64,000 nucleotides of DNA from contig NC_088796.1 in the NCBI RefSeq assembly GCF_011386835.1, positions 97,526,001-97,590,000 of the forward strand. The letters are read 5' to 3'. The translations under genes and the position numbers were made by a program. This document shows, piece after piece, positions 1-13,340 of this stretch. Below the pieces are notes generated by a model. That model was not told where the DNA came from, made no database searches, and worked only from the letters and a program-made list of their open reading frames with translations. The first letter of the stretch is position 1. Every line of letters begins with the position of its first letter. This DNA comes from Chrysemys picta bellii. Its lineage: Eukaryota.

Positions 1-1430
1 AATAAGTAACTTTAATCCCCAAATAAATACAAAATATGTATAGCTGTGGAGAGTACAAATACATATATTTTTAAAATGATTGGAAATGATTGTCTCCTTG
101 ATTACTTATCTGCTGAGTCCTAAGCGCTTAATCCTGCAAATGCTTACTACTAAAACTTAGCGTTTAATACTGTGGATGACTCTATTGAAGTCACCATTTT
201 AGTGTCTAAGTCTCATGGCAATAAAGTACTACTCTTTTAATGTCTGCAGGATTGAGTTCTAAATTAGAATACTGTATTTCCCCTGCAAAAACTGATGCTA
301 TTTCTATCTTATATTAGAACAATACAGAAGAAACAAAGACCTTGAAAAATCAGGTCTCGAAAGGCAAAATGTTTCTTATTTTTATTAATGGGGAATCTGA
401 ATGCATATATTCACACATAAAAGGGGAACCCCCCCCCCCCCCAAATCCTACTACATAAAATAAGTTAAGATTGAGAGTAGTTATCAATAATTGAAGGGCA
501 AAAAAACAAAAAACCCAACCAACCAACCCAAACCCCCACACCTCCTCATATTAAAGAATGATAATGCACAGTTAAGGCATCAAAGAAATCTTAACCTTAC
601 CTTGTAGTTATACCATGCAATCATATTGCTTGTGATTAATGCATTTTAGTATTTGGGTTCCAGTTCAAGCTGATTTTTAAAAGTCAGCTCAGTTTGGATA
701 TTATTCATTTTAAGAGGTTTTATTGGGGGGGGGGGTAGCACTGCCCCCTGCCCCTCGCCTTCAGGGTGTCACTATAGAGTGCAACAGAGTACAATTTGGC
801 TGTCAACATTGAACGACTTTGATGCACCTGATAAGAAAAAAGCTGTACATTTTCTCCTTCATGCCATGTATTCCTCCTTAAATTGCATGTTATCTACAAG
901 GAAGTACAAAGTTTTCTCTTAAGCATAGTACTCAACATTTAACCATAGAAGGTTTTCCATCGTTCATAAAAATAAGTACTTAAAAAGCACATTAATAACC
1001 CTCTAATATGAGCATAGTAGCAAGATTTGATGATACTGTCTGGTCAAAATATACTGTGATTGACAACCGACAATTGTAAAACTATGCGGCATTTAGTCTA
1101 TATCTGTTGTTTATCAAATTAATGTGTACAGCATTTATATAATCAGAAGCAAAATTTATCTGTTTGAGATCCCAAGAAGAAAAGGGAGAGGAAACAAACT
1201 AACAAAAAAATTACAGAATCTGGAATATAAAAGGTCACAAAGGAAATCCACTCCGCACTTTCCCTTTATAAAGAAACAGGAGGTTTGGCGCTTAAGATTT
1301 GATCCTATGAGACTACATTATATATGTTTCATTGTAATTAGAAGCATATTATGCATTGTTCCAATCAAGGGCATTACAAAACTCAGCTGTGTGTGGTGTC
1401 ATATATTGTGTAAAAGTTCATGTCTATGGT

Positions 1431-1432
<2 letters not shown>

Positions 1433-1498
<66 letters not shown>
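1433..1498. repeat. (TA)33 microsatellite
   Basis: Read directly from the sequence. Confidence 0.97.
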
Positions 1499-1502
<4 letters not shown>

Positions 1503-2775
1503 CCCCAGAGATAACTAACGCTTTCCTTCAAGTTTTCATTGAGGCCACTACAGCTTTTTCTTTTAATTTCTTCTTCAGCCTCATATTTCTCATGCAGTTT
1601 TGTTTCCACGATATTCAAATCAGATCCCTAAAAAATTCTGTCATCATAGAACAAACAAAGAAAAAAAAAGAGGTGCAGTACTTCACAAGCCCCTGTTCCC
1701 ACTTTCATCAGTTCACAATCATTCCAAGAAAATCCAAAGGTAATCCATCCAATTGCCCATACAGTCTCAACTATGAAATGATATTATCAGAAAACAATTT
1801 TCCAGTTTTTCAGATGCTAGCAATAAATAGCATTAAGGAAACTGTTTTTACTTCAGCCAAGAAACAGTCCATAACACTCTGGAATGATTTGCATGGTTTT
1901 AATATAGGAAGAATGGTTTTAAGGACATTTGTTCAATGATATTGGATACCATTTCATTGCACAAAAGTGCTCAAATTACCTTCATATTAACAGAACAGTT
2001 CCCTTAAAGAGAAACACTGATGATTAAAAACTGCATTGCTTACTGTATTGAAATCAAATCCCATAATAAAATATGCAGTTTAAATTCAAGATCATTTTAA
2101 TGAAGCAAACATTCTTGTTTTCACTAGTTACTAAAAAGCAGAATCATACATTAAAACCATAAGAATACATTGGAAATTTCATCATACATTTCAAATGCCT
2201 GTTATATACAAATTCTTAAATATTGCCCCAACAATAACTCTCATTCTTATGAGTTAACATACTTACCTTCTTCATCCCTATGACTAATGAATAAACTTCA
2301 CGTAGCCTTCAGCCATTGAATTTTAGACTGAAGTTTCCACCCACCGCACAATCAGATAAAGCTTGCTTTGCAACTGCAGCTAATGGAAACAGTGCTAAGA
2401 AACAATTACTACAAATTTCCATGTGCTTAAATTGAAAAGCTTTCAGAGAGAGAAACAGGGTGATGGACTCTGAAAACTCTGGTGAAATGTTTTTACTGTA
2501 ATAAAATTGAAGAGCTTGTGTTACCTTGTAATCAGGAACTTGTGCCTTGATCTGCCTTCAGTTGTGAATCACAGTAAAGAAATGATTAACATTCACGATG
2601 TCACTTGCTTGAATTTTCAGCAACAGTTCAGAATAACATTCCAATGAAAACAAATTTTTCCGTTTTACAATAGTTTATTGTGTATGTACACTGCCACCTA
2701 CAGTGTCAAGGTTATAACTGTATGCTCTGAAATAATCAACCCAGCCAAATGTACAGGTTGGTCTAAAAGTTATTT

Positions 2776-3850
2776 AACATTATAAGAACGGCCATACTGG
2801 GTCAGACCAAAGGTCCATGTAGCCCAATATCCTGTCTTCAGACAGTGGCCAATGCCAGGTGCCCCAGAAGGAATGAACAGAACAGGTAATCATCCAGTGA
2901 TCCATCCCATCACCAATTCCAGAGGCTAGGGACACCATCCCTGCCCATCTTGGCAAATAGCCATTGATAGACCTATCCTCCATGAACGTATTTAGTTCTC
3001 TTTTGAACTGTTATAGTCTTGGCCTTCGCAACATCCTCTGGCAAAGAGTTCCATAGGTTGACTATGCGTTGTGTGAAAAAAATACTTCCTTTTGTTTTAA
3101 ACCTGCTGCCTATTAATTTCATTTGGTGACCCCTACTTCATGTGTTAAGACAAGGAGTAAATAACACTTCCTTATTTACTTTCTCCACACCGGTAATGAT
3201 TTTTTAGACCTCTATCATATCCTCCACTTAGTCCTCTTTTCCAAGCTGAAAAATCCCAGTCTTATTAATTCCTCCTCATGCTACAGCCATTCCATACCCC
3301 TAATCATTTTGTTGCCCTCTTCTGAACCTTTTCCAATTCCAATATATCTTTTTTGAGATGGGGCAATCACATCTGCTAGCAGTATTCAAGATGTGGGAGT
3401 ACCATGGATTTATATAAAGGTAATATGATATTTTGTCTTATTATCAACCCCTTTCTTTAGGATTCCCAACTTTCTGTCCGCTTTTTTGACTTCGCTGCCC
3501 ACTGAGTGATGTTTGCAGAGAGCTATCCACAATGACTCCAAGATCTCTTTCTTGAGTGGTAACAGCTAATTTAGACCCTATCATTTTATATGTATAGTTG
3601 GGATTATGTTTTTCAATGTGCATTACTTTGCATTTATCAACATTGAATTTCATCTGCCATTTTGTTGCCCAGTGACCCAGTTTTGAGAGATCCTTTTGTA
3701 GCTCTTCAAGTCTGCCAGGGGGTTCACTATCTTGAGTAGTTTTGTATCATCTGCAAATTTTGCCACCTTACTGTTTACCCCTTTTTCCAGATAATTTATG
3801 AATATGTTAAATAGGACTGAGCCCAGTACAGACCCCTGGGGGACACCAGC
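2776..3850 (-). mobile_element. CR1 LINE 3' fragment
   Basis: [18 protein letters not shown]...KFADDTKL (ORF 3650..3895) and [12 protein letters not shown]; CR1-type 3' end near 2780. Confidence 0.92.
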
Positions 3851-4096
3851 ATCCCCTAAGGAACACAAGAATTGCTTTGTCACACCAGCAGTCAATCCAA
3901 TCTAATATTGTCTCTAACTATGCCATACCAAATGCTTCAAGAAAACATGCAAGAATTATGGGCTAACATGCCCCTAGCATAAGTGTCTTCCTGCAATCTC
4001 TCCCCCCACGAACTCACCCCAGGGATCTTCTACATGCTTTAGTCCTGGGGGAATTCTGCACCAAAAAAATTAAAAATTCTATGCACAACATTTTGA

Positions 4097-4478
4097 GCTG
4101 GCTGAGGAGATATCTGAACATTAGTGATTATCTTTGAAATGTCATGGAACACGGGAGAGATTCCAGAGAACTGGAAAGGGGCAAATATAGTGCCCATCTA
4201 TTTAAAAAAAAGAAATAAAGACAACCTAGAGAATTACAGACTAGTCAGCTTAACTTCAGTACCCGGAAAGATAATGGAGAAAATAATCAAGCAATCAATT
4301 TGTAAACACCTAGAAGATAAGTAACAAGTCAGCATGGATTTATCAAGAACAAATTGTGTCAAACCAACCAAATAGCTTTCTTTAATAGGGTAAAAAGCCT
4401 TGTGGGTAGGGGAGAAGTAGTAGATCTTTACTTTAGTAAGGCTTTGATACTGTCGTGGATGCCCTTCTCATAAAAAAC
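4097..4478 (+). mobile_element. CR1 ORF2 internal fragment
   Basis: GEIPENWKGANIVPIYLKKRNKDNLENYRLVSLTSVPGKIME. Confidence 0.9.
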
Positions 4479-6963
4479 CTCCTTCACCAACTAGACACTT
4501 AAAGGAGTGTTGTGCCCAAAAGCCATAAAGGGGCGTGATTTGTGTTCTAATCTTGAGAATGAGAACAGTTCTGAGTCTTGTACTAAAGAACACATGACCT
4601 AGGGGTGAGAATCTTGCACAAATGATATATAGAAAAGAATGATATACTAGTAACCAAATTTGTCTTTTCAGCATATGCAGTGTAAGATGTTTAATTTCAC
4701 ACACCCTTTTTTTTTTTTTTAATTCTCTATTCTTCTGCCTCACATTTTCTTACCTGGAATTTTGAAGGTAACTGTGGCGCCTTTTGAAACAGTAATTGGT
4801 TCTAGTTAGTGTTTGGTTCAATAGGCTGCTAAATAACTGGGTAGTGGAGTATGACTGTAACCTTTGCTAATGTGCATGTTATTCATGTTTTATAAAAACA
4901 CTGCCAAAAATATGGTCAGCTTAAAATATCAAATTAAAAGTAATTTTAGGTACTACGCTTGCACCTGACTCCCTTAATAGTTTGTGATTTTAAAATATTT
5001 TCCTATTTTTAAAAATGATTTTTCTACTTCGTCGTTGTATAAATAAACCACAAGAACTTATGGAAATAGGGGGACTGATCACACACAAAGATGTCAAATA
5101 CACAAAATAAACAAAGAAAAAAAGAAAGAAAAATCTTATTTTCTACTAACTTCTTTCAGTTATAGTAAACAGAGGTGTTATTGAAAAGTACATAATTTTT
5201 TTTAAATTTTATGCACAAAAGTGATTTTTTTTTTTAAAAAGTTGACTATGTCCCTTTAAATCCAAGATGCTGTAAAACTTAAATAATAAAAATTGAACAG
5301 TCAAAATAAACAATAAAAGCTTTAAAAATGGACCTTGATATAGTAGCAATGATTAGAGCATTAGCTACCCCTCTGGAGATGTAGGATCACATACAAATTA
5401 AAATGAAACTTTTTTTTTTTGCTATGTGCAACTGAGATCTAGTCAAATAAAAACACCAATACAATCTGACAAATATCCAGCAATACTGGCCACTTGAGTT
5501 CACGAAGTCTATTTACGGGAACACAGAAAAGGGGAACATTGAGGAGAGAACCCGGATACACCAAAGCAGCATGGTAAGGAAGATTTTCAGCAAAAGCTTC
5601 ATGCTATGCCCAGGTCTAGCCCCTTTCTTCACCTCTGTGTGCACCACAAAAAATGAATTCAAGCTGCACACAGTGTAAAAACTGAAGACAAAGTACAAAC
5701 ACTAAAAAAGGATTTTCCAAATGTTTACTAAGTAGGCCATCCAACTTAGTACTGTAAACAAACATATCCAAGCAATAACAAATTATAATTATGTCAGTAA
5801 CATTCTGAAGACAGAAGAAAAGTTGGGTAATTTAAATATAGTACAAAAATGCTCAAATATACATTGAAAACTCTGTTTTTAACAAAATAAGTTTTTAAAA
5901 AATTCACCAAAAACCTTCTCAAAGCAGATACGATACCAACAAAAATATCTCGTTTCCACCTACTTGGAGACAAATCACATGAAATCAAAGTCCGCTGATA
6001 AGACGTCTAATTTCGGCCAATTATTACTGACAAAAGTCTATCAAATAAAAAAAATAGAGCTCTAAGGTACCAATCCTGCAGCAGCACATTAATTCAATGG
6101 GACTACATAGGGGTGAAAAGTTATGTACGTGCTCAAGTCTTTGCAGGCCCAGGACCTAAATCACTCAACCCTGAAAAAGTGTGCCTGATCATTTCACACT
6201 GCTCTTCTTGTCAGCTTTGTACATATCAGGCAGTTCAACTCCACAAAATGCTCTAAACCCAATGACACAAAGAATAGGAATAGCACTAACTTGAGCATGT
6301 GAAAAAGAAAACAAAACACCCACAAGCCACCCACTGCTTCGAGTTATCACTAGCGAGAAGGTGAAGTAACTTAGGGTAGCTATGAGCAGAAAAGAATATC
6401 CCACCATAATCATTTCTGGTTTGCATAGAAATCTGATTTTTGTTTGTTTTTGTTCAACATCTAAAGCAAAAACATCAGAAAAGATTGTAAAGGTGGTTGT
6501 TTTGGTGTAGTTTTTTTAAATAAGTGCATGGTATAAAAATTTCACTTTTATGTATGTTAACTACATCCTTTCTGTTCAGGGCAGGAGGAATGTTTTGGCA
6601 TTTGTCTTCTACAGATAATGCTCCAAGCTATTCATTTTGCTGGCTATGAAAGTCCAGAAATAAATTCTGATTTTCTACAAATTGTTACACATCCATGTTT
6701 TCAAATATTTCTGCCAGTCCTGTGTCAGTAGCCTTCTCTTCATTGTATAGGTAAATTCACCTTTCCAGTTTATTGGCAAGTGTCCAACAATGACCCTTCA
6801 ATCAACGTAGACAAACCCATCCTTACTTGTGCAGATTGACAAAAGTATAAAATTCTTTTTTTCAAAATGTCAGAAATATACTTATTGTTCCAAAGTAGGA
6901 AAAGCCTGAACACAAACAGAAACAAGCCTCCTCAAAATAGATTTGCTACGAGGAATTAATTAC

Positions 6964-7122
6964 TCAGGTCTCCATTTCAGTCTCTATGATTTCAGTCCTG
7001 GAAGTAGTTCTTGCATCTGTCATGTTCTCCCCATCTAAGTCCAGAATGACAGACAGATCAATAGCAGGTAACGGTGCTCTCCAATACTGGAATGAGTTGT
7101 ATTGCCAAAATTCTTCCTCATG
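6964..7122 (-). CDS. C9orf40: C9orf40 homolog, coding exon 2 (HEEEFWQYNSFQYWRAPLPAIDLS...ETEMET*)
   Basis: Acceptor ttccaaag|CATGAG at 7122, phase 0, 159 bp ending in TGA at 6964-6966; contains the FWQYNxFQYWRxPLPxIDL motif typical of C9orf40. Missed by the ORF track. Confidence 0.92.
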   Translation of the reverse strand, partial: HEEEFWQYNSFQYWRAPLPAIDLSVILDLDGENMTDARTTSRTEIIETEMET

Positions 7123-7601
7123 CTTTGGAAATAAAACACAATGTGTTAATGTATGGCACTGCAGTAGAAAGAAGAGAATAACCCCCTTTGCAAAAGAAAC
7201 TGAACCAAGAGATATTTCCCAGATGGTTTTAGGGTTATATATTTTACTTTCTTAAATGTTTTAAATGTAATACACTAAAAAATAATGGACAATCCTAACC
7301 AAATAATTTGCTTCTGTTTTTGGCATAATTATTTAAATATTTTTGCTGAGGACTATTGTATTATCTTTGAGTACCGTGTGTACAACCATGTCTCCTGCAG
7401 CTCACAGTTTATGCATGCAATGATATATTTAAGAGGCAATGTTTCTGCACTTTTTTAAACTTTACACAAATCAATATTGTTCATTACAAACCCTCCTTTG
7501 TTGCCTCTCACGAAATATACGAACACTATGGACAATTTCAAAGACTGAGACTCATGAGACGTTTCTTAGCTTAAGGAACATTCAAGAACATTTCCATAAG
7601 T

Positions 7602-8209
7602 CAGGGGTGGGCAAACTATGGCCTGCGGGCTGGATCCAGCCCCTCATGGCTTTGGATACAGCCTGCAGGATTGTCACCCCCGTGGCACTGTGTGCCCCGC
7701 GCCACTCCTGGAACCAGCCAGCACGATGTCCCTGTGGCCCTTGGGGAAGGGAGGAGGGGCAGAGAGCTCAGCGCGCTGCCCTCATATGTGGGTTCCACAC
7801 CCGAAGCTCCCATTGGCCGCGGTTCCCTGTTCCCGGCCAATGGAAGCTTCGGGTGTGGAACCCACAGGTGAGGGCAGAGCGCGGAGCCCTCTGCCCTCCC
7901 CCAGGGGCCACAGGGACGTGGTGCCAGCCGCTGCCACCCTGAAGCTGCTCCAGGTAAGCGGGGCCAGGCCGGAGCCCGCACCCCACACCCCATCTGCACC
8001 CCAACCCCCGCCCTGATCCCCCTCCTACACCCCGCACCCCTCCTCCACCCCAACCCCTTGCCGAGCCCCTTCCTGCACACTGCACCCCCTCCCACACCCT
8101 GCACTCCCTCCCACACCCCAACCTCCTGCCCCAGCCCTACATTCATAGCCCTGCATGCAACTTCCCCACCCAGATATGGCCTTTGGGCCAAAAAGTTTGC
8201 CCACCCCTG
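7602..8209. mobile_element. Non-autonomous hAT (Charlie/Buster-type) element
   Basis: 16-bp TIR CAGGGGTGGGCAAACT; exact 8-bp TSD CCATAAGT. Confidence 0.92.
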
Positions 8210-11200
8210 CCATAAGTGTTATCAGTTACAAGAATCATAAGTATTTCCCCAGTAGAGAACTGAATGCATCTCTGGTAGATATATTTAAAGAATGGTAGCT
8301 ACAGTGAAAGCAATATATTAGAAAAGATTTCTAATATTTTCTGTTCAGTTTTTCTTTCTACATCTACATATCTGCAAATACAAACAAAGCAATGTTAATC
8401 ATGAATTTTCACCAGGGTATATGATAAGCAGTGCAGATGACAACTGATAAGACTGGAACAAATTCATTACTGATTTACTCTACAGACAGATTTGTTACAA
8501 AACTGTTTTTTTCCCTTTCTGCTGGCAAATCTGCTATCTGTTTTTAGCCAGAGATCATTACTTAAATAAGCAGCACTAAAGTTAATGGAGTGAGACACTC
8601 CATGCAAAGACTGTTTCTGTTGAAGAAACACAGACCATAAAAAGGGAACATAAGTAAACCTCCAAGTCATCCATTGTGGAATATATAAAATATCCGTTAT
8701 GTATAAAAGTTGTTCCTCCAGATTCCTTCCTAAACTAAGGGACTAAGCAAAAACAATTACTCCTGTCACAACTTAAAAGGACATGTAGTTCTGTATAATT
8801 TTGTTTTACTGTATTGTTTCTAATACTCAGAATCTTGAAGCAACTCTTTCCATTTCTAATGGAGTTTGAAATTAATATGGTATTTCTAACTACTGAATTG
8901 GCATCATTCAGTGTAGACATGGCTTTTGAAATAATAAAATTTTGCACCCTCTGCTGGCTCCGCAGTAGAAGAGAACAAAATGTGATAAAATAATAACATG
9001 GAATTATCAGGCAGTCATTTGCTGTCATAATATTAAGTGTTTGAACTCAACGTGTGGTTTTTATGAAGATCTCTAGGCATTTTCCAAAACCTACATTTTC
9101 ATACATGTGCACAAATGCACTATGTTTTCAGCTAACAGTACTTTATCATTATTATTTGTATTACCATAGTGCCTAGGAACTCTAGTCAAGGACCAGAACA
9201 CCAATATGCTAGGCAATGTACTGCTTACTATCACAAATTGTGTTTTTCATTTATACATGTTCTTTGGAAATAGACTAAAACAGCATAGTATACCCATAAG
9301 CTAGATGTCCATGCCACAAGCAGTAGGAGAACGTAGTGCCATAGAGATGGAAGAGCTATTTACATTTTAATTGAAATAAAGACAAAATTGCATTTATAAT
9401 ATAGAGGACTGCAGGCATCAAAATCTTTCAAACTAAAATTTTTATATTGCATACTATCAATGATGCAAATAAAAAGTAACGATTTACATTGTTGAAGCTT
9501 ATACAGGCTTCAAACAAGTTAGGGTCCGATTGTGCTAGGAACCCTACAACCATACAGCAGACAATCCCTGTTCCCAAGTGGTTACAATGTAGGGCCCCAA
9601 TGCAAAGAAGTCACATGCTTAATTTGATATGGGACCAGTCACGTGCTTAACATTAAGCATGTATGTTAGTTGTTATAGCATCAGGACCTCAGCTTATTTA
9701 TCTAAAGGAAAAAACAAACGTAACAAAGAGAAAGTCTCTTTGTATCATGCACAATCTATACTACCAAAGAAAGGATAACTTCAGACCACAAAAGATCGCT
9801 GCATGTGCCAAACATGAGCAAAAAGAATGTGTGGGAAAGGGTCAGATCTTTCGTATAACCTTCGAATATTTTCAAAACAGGGCTTCGAAAATCCACTTGT
9901 CAAGGGTAAGTGGAAAGCCTAAAGACCTTAAACCATCAATTTCTGTAGAATTTTAATCTTTCGTTTTAAAAGACTGATTTTTCTAACTCTACCGGTACAA
10001 AGATAAACTCCCATATGTAAGTCGTCTTGAGTCTGCAAAAAGTCAGCTCTAGGACAAATGCAGTTATAACAGCTTTGCCAAGCAGCAGCATGACATTAAA
10101 AAAGATTCTAGTCTGTTTTGCTACTGTTATTATGACATCTATAGGAAGCAATAAAATTGTGAATAATGTTAATTTCATTATGCTGCTGTTTGGGAGACCT
10201 ATGAGCAGTAGAAACATCAATGATTGAGTTAGCTGTGTGCTGGACCCCAAATAAATAGGTTAGAGGGGTAGAGTAACCAAGTAGCTCTGTTATCAGAAAA
10301 CTCCACCTCTTCAGGAGTGTGTATGTCTGATAAATTTGAAGCTAGAGGATATCAAAAAAGAAGCACCCTAAGCAGAGTTTATAGAAACCAGTAAATTTGT
10401 CAATACTTATTTGTCAACATATGGCCCAAAAGGTACTTTAAAAACAGAAATTTACAAATCTTTATAAAATCTTTCTGCAGAATTGTTTTCAGTAAGTCAT
10501 ATCTATCTCCTTAGTAAGACAGAACAAGGTACGTTTACAGCCTTCTATACAAGAAAAAAGGTTTACATAATTACAATTAGTAATTACAATTACCCTGATT
10601 TAAGGTAAAAACAGAGATAAATGAACTCAACATTTCCAATACAAATCCTTAAACCAACTTGTGCTACCAAAATACTCAATGGAGGAAGGAGTCTGTCTTT
10701 TCTCCTTCCAAATAGAGATATGTTCTTGTACGAAGCCTGGCCTAGTATGGGTTTTCCATTGGATTGAAAAATCCTTCCTCACTTCATTTGTGGGATAATT
10801 CTACACATTTCATATGTACATTTCTACCATGAGGGAAAGAAAAAGGAGCAGGAGAAGAGAACATGACACTGTATGTGGAAATCAGAAAGCGCAACACAGC
10901 TCTCAATTGAACATAGTTATGTCTTCAAGGACTCAGATTTTAAAAAATGGGTACCTAAAACTAGGGCCTTAAGTCTATAATTAGCCCGATTTTCAAAAAC
11001 ACTAAGTCTCCAAGAATTCCCCATTAATTTGGTCAAGGCTTCTATTTTCAGTTAAAACATCTAAATTGGCAGGGAGATGAACTAATAGATCTTTTCTACC
11101 CCCAGCTTCTATGATTTATAATTGGGGAGGAGGTTTTACAGTTGCTTTTAGGAATTTCCTTCAGCAAAAGTTAAGTGTTGTGGAACTCTTGCCTACCATT

Positions 11201-11852
11201 GCCATTTAGTTTCATTTTTTAAATCATTTATTTTTCTGCCTCACCACAGGTTTAAAGATATGCAACAGGTTAGAAGTATGTACTTTCCCCCTACATTATA
11301 ATATTGCATATAATGGACAGTATCACAGATCTGCAAATTGCACTTTTATCATAATAATAATTGAACTGATACTTATTTGTGACATCTTCCCACTGGACCT
11401 GTTGCTTCATGTGGGCCACTCTGGCAGCACTGCACAGAACAGCTGTGCCAGGAAAAAATTTCAGTGAAAAATTAGTCTCTGAGAAGCCTCCACTCTTTGG
11501 ATTTAGTAATCCAGAAATGTTGTCAGCCATTAACATGGTATATCTTTAGGGCTCCTCCTTGTGTGTATTCCAATGGTGAAGTGAAGTCAAATTAAACTGT
11601 CATGCGTTCCGGAAAAGTTGGGTTTTACCTTCTGCCTAAAGAATGAGTACAGAGAGGGAGAGTGGTGATACAGGTCCTTGTAGTGTCCCAGTGAGATGAA
11701 AGACCCCTGAAGGAGACATGAGTAATCCATGGAAGACTCCATTTACAGGAGGCACAAGCTACACAGAAATCTTAGAAATACAGAGTAAGGTACCTTATCT
11801 AGCTAAAATTAGAGTGAAGTCTGTGCACTGTGTTAAACCAGTAAATGTTGTG

Positions 11853-11987
11853 CAGCGGTGCTGGAACAAACTGTATAGTGGGGGTGCTGAGAGCAACTGA
11901 ACCAAACTGTAAACCCTGTATACCACATGCATGGAAACTACTGCAAGCCAGGGGATGCTGGAGCATACCCTAGTTCCAGCACCTATG
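11853..11987. mobile_element. Short MITE
   Basis: TIR CAGCGGTGCTGGAAC / GTTCCAGCACCTATG; partial 8-bp TSD (ATGTTGTG / GCTTTGTG). Confidence 0.65.
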
Positions 11988-12329
11988 GCTTTGTGGTTAG
12001 AGACTGATGCAAATAACCTTTATATATTGCCCAGCTGAAGAATCACTTGTGTAGTGAAACACTAACTTGGTCCAGCTACAAAAGATGCTATGTTAAAAAG
12101 CAGAGATAGTAAAGCTCAACCTTCAAACATGATTTACACAGAAGTAGCTGGGAGGAGCAACTGTACCTGGACAGTGAACAACCACCAGATGTTTCAAATA
12201 AACCCAACACTTGCTGGCCACACCCAGTAATGGCACGTGACTTATGTGGCCACTTAAGAGAGTTTGGTGTGAAGGGAGAAGCTGGGGATGAGAAGGACAC
12301 ACTTGCTTTCTGCACGGATTTTACCAGGC

Positions 12330-13340
12330 TGTTACTCATGCGGGAGACACCCCACAGAGGAGCTGGGTGTCCCCCCCTCAGTGCGTGCAGCGCCTGGCAC
12401 AGGGGCCCTGATGCGCCGGAACTGAGCCCGGGCTGCAGGCTGGGACTCTCCCGAAGCCCTAACAGCCAGCCCACCCTGATCAGCACCACCCCTCCCCCAC
12501 CTTTACCTCCTCGGTTCCCCGCTCTTCCCCCCGAGGATCCGGGCTTCGCGCCCCCAAGCCGACACCGCCTGCCCGCATCGCCTGTTCCGCCCGGGGCCCT
12601 ACGTCTCCCCCGCGCTGTTGCTGCCTCCTCCCTCCCGGGCTGGCGGGGTCTCCGGGCTCCCCCCCGCGCCTGTTGCCCTTGAGTCCAGGCCGCTTCCCCG
12701 GAGGCGCCTCGGCCTCCTCCAGTTTCCGCTTCTTGTCAGGGTCCCCAGGTACCGCGCGGACAGGGCTCCACAGCTCGGGGCCGTCCCGCGGGCGCCTCCC
12801 GGGCGCGCGGAGCAGCGGAGGCGGTTCGGATAGGAAACGCTTCCAGGGCACGTGACACACTAGCGGCTCCGCGTGTCGCTTGGCCATCAGGCGGCTGAGC
12901 GCGAGCGGCTCAAGCACTGGAGCGGCGGTACCTCCGTGGCGCGCGCGGGCGCAAGCACTTCTCTCCCAGCGGGCGGAACGGGGCTAGGCGCGCATGCGGC
13001 TTAAGGAGGCTTCTGTCCTTCCCTCCCTTTCCGCGTCTCGTAGTGCCCTCTAGGGGGAGCGCGCATGCAGCCAGGTCGCTGGTGCGCGGTGGTGGGCTGG
13101 AAGCCGTCATGGCCGACAACTCCACGACAATGCAGGGGCGAGACTAGACACTGCCACGCGTTTTGACTATTACCGCGTGAACCTCTTGCCCGGCTGGTCA
13201 TTTATCTGTCACCCCGTCCCGTGCCTTTCTCGGGTTTAGCTGCTCGCCTCGGAACTCCCTCCTGTTGTGTAGCTACCCCGTAGGGTAACGCGGGCCCGAA
13301 GCTACACAACCCCACTAACCACCTGTAATTTACCGGCGTC
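12330..13340 (-). promoter_or_regulatory. CpG island / C9orf40 promoter with two NRF1-like GCGCATGC motifs
   Basis: Dense CpG over exon 1 and upstream; GCGCATGCGG at 12990-12999 and GCGCATGCAG at 13061-13070. Confidence 0.85.
12507..12887 (-). CDS. C9orf40: C9orf40 homolog, coding exon 1 (MAKRHAEPLVCHVPWKRF...GTEE, 127 codons)
   Basis: ATG at 12887 inside ORF 12480..12917; N-terminus resembles human MAKRRAAEPVTFHVPWKR (recalled); donor GAG|GTAAAG after 12507, phase 0; lies in a CpG island; synteny with CARNMT1 and NMRK1. Confidence 0.9.

Noticed and set aside
1124-1939. 271-aa + strand ORF, the longest in the track
   Set aside because: It starts at GTG, runs through (TA)33 as poly-YI, has no recognisable domain and no flanking gene structure. 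Its length is unusual for AT-rich DNA, so a BLASTP or expression check is cheap, but nothing here supports coding.
595-2530. Three strong minus-strand donors (AAG|GTAA after 601, 2267 and 2525) suggesting a spliced lncRNA
   Set aside because: No convincing matching acceptors or coherent frame; such 8-9-mers are expected by chance in 64 kb.
7439-8240. Cluster of overlapping ORFs (up to 191 aa)
   Set aside because: They lie inside a GC-rich non-autonomous hAT element with few stops. The same applies to 50913-51482 and 23807-24197.
12088-13201. Antisense and alternative-frame ORFs over the C9orf40 island (also 45242-46455 and 63500-63963)
   Set aside because: These are CpG-island stop-codon depletion artefacts with low-complexity G/P/R translations.
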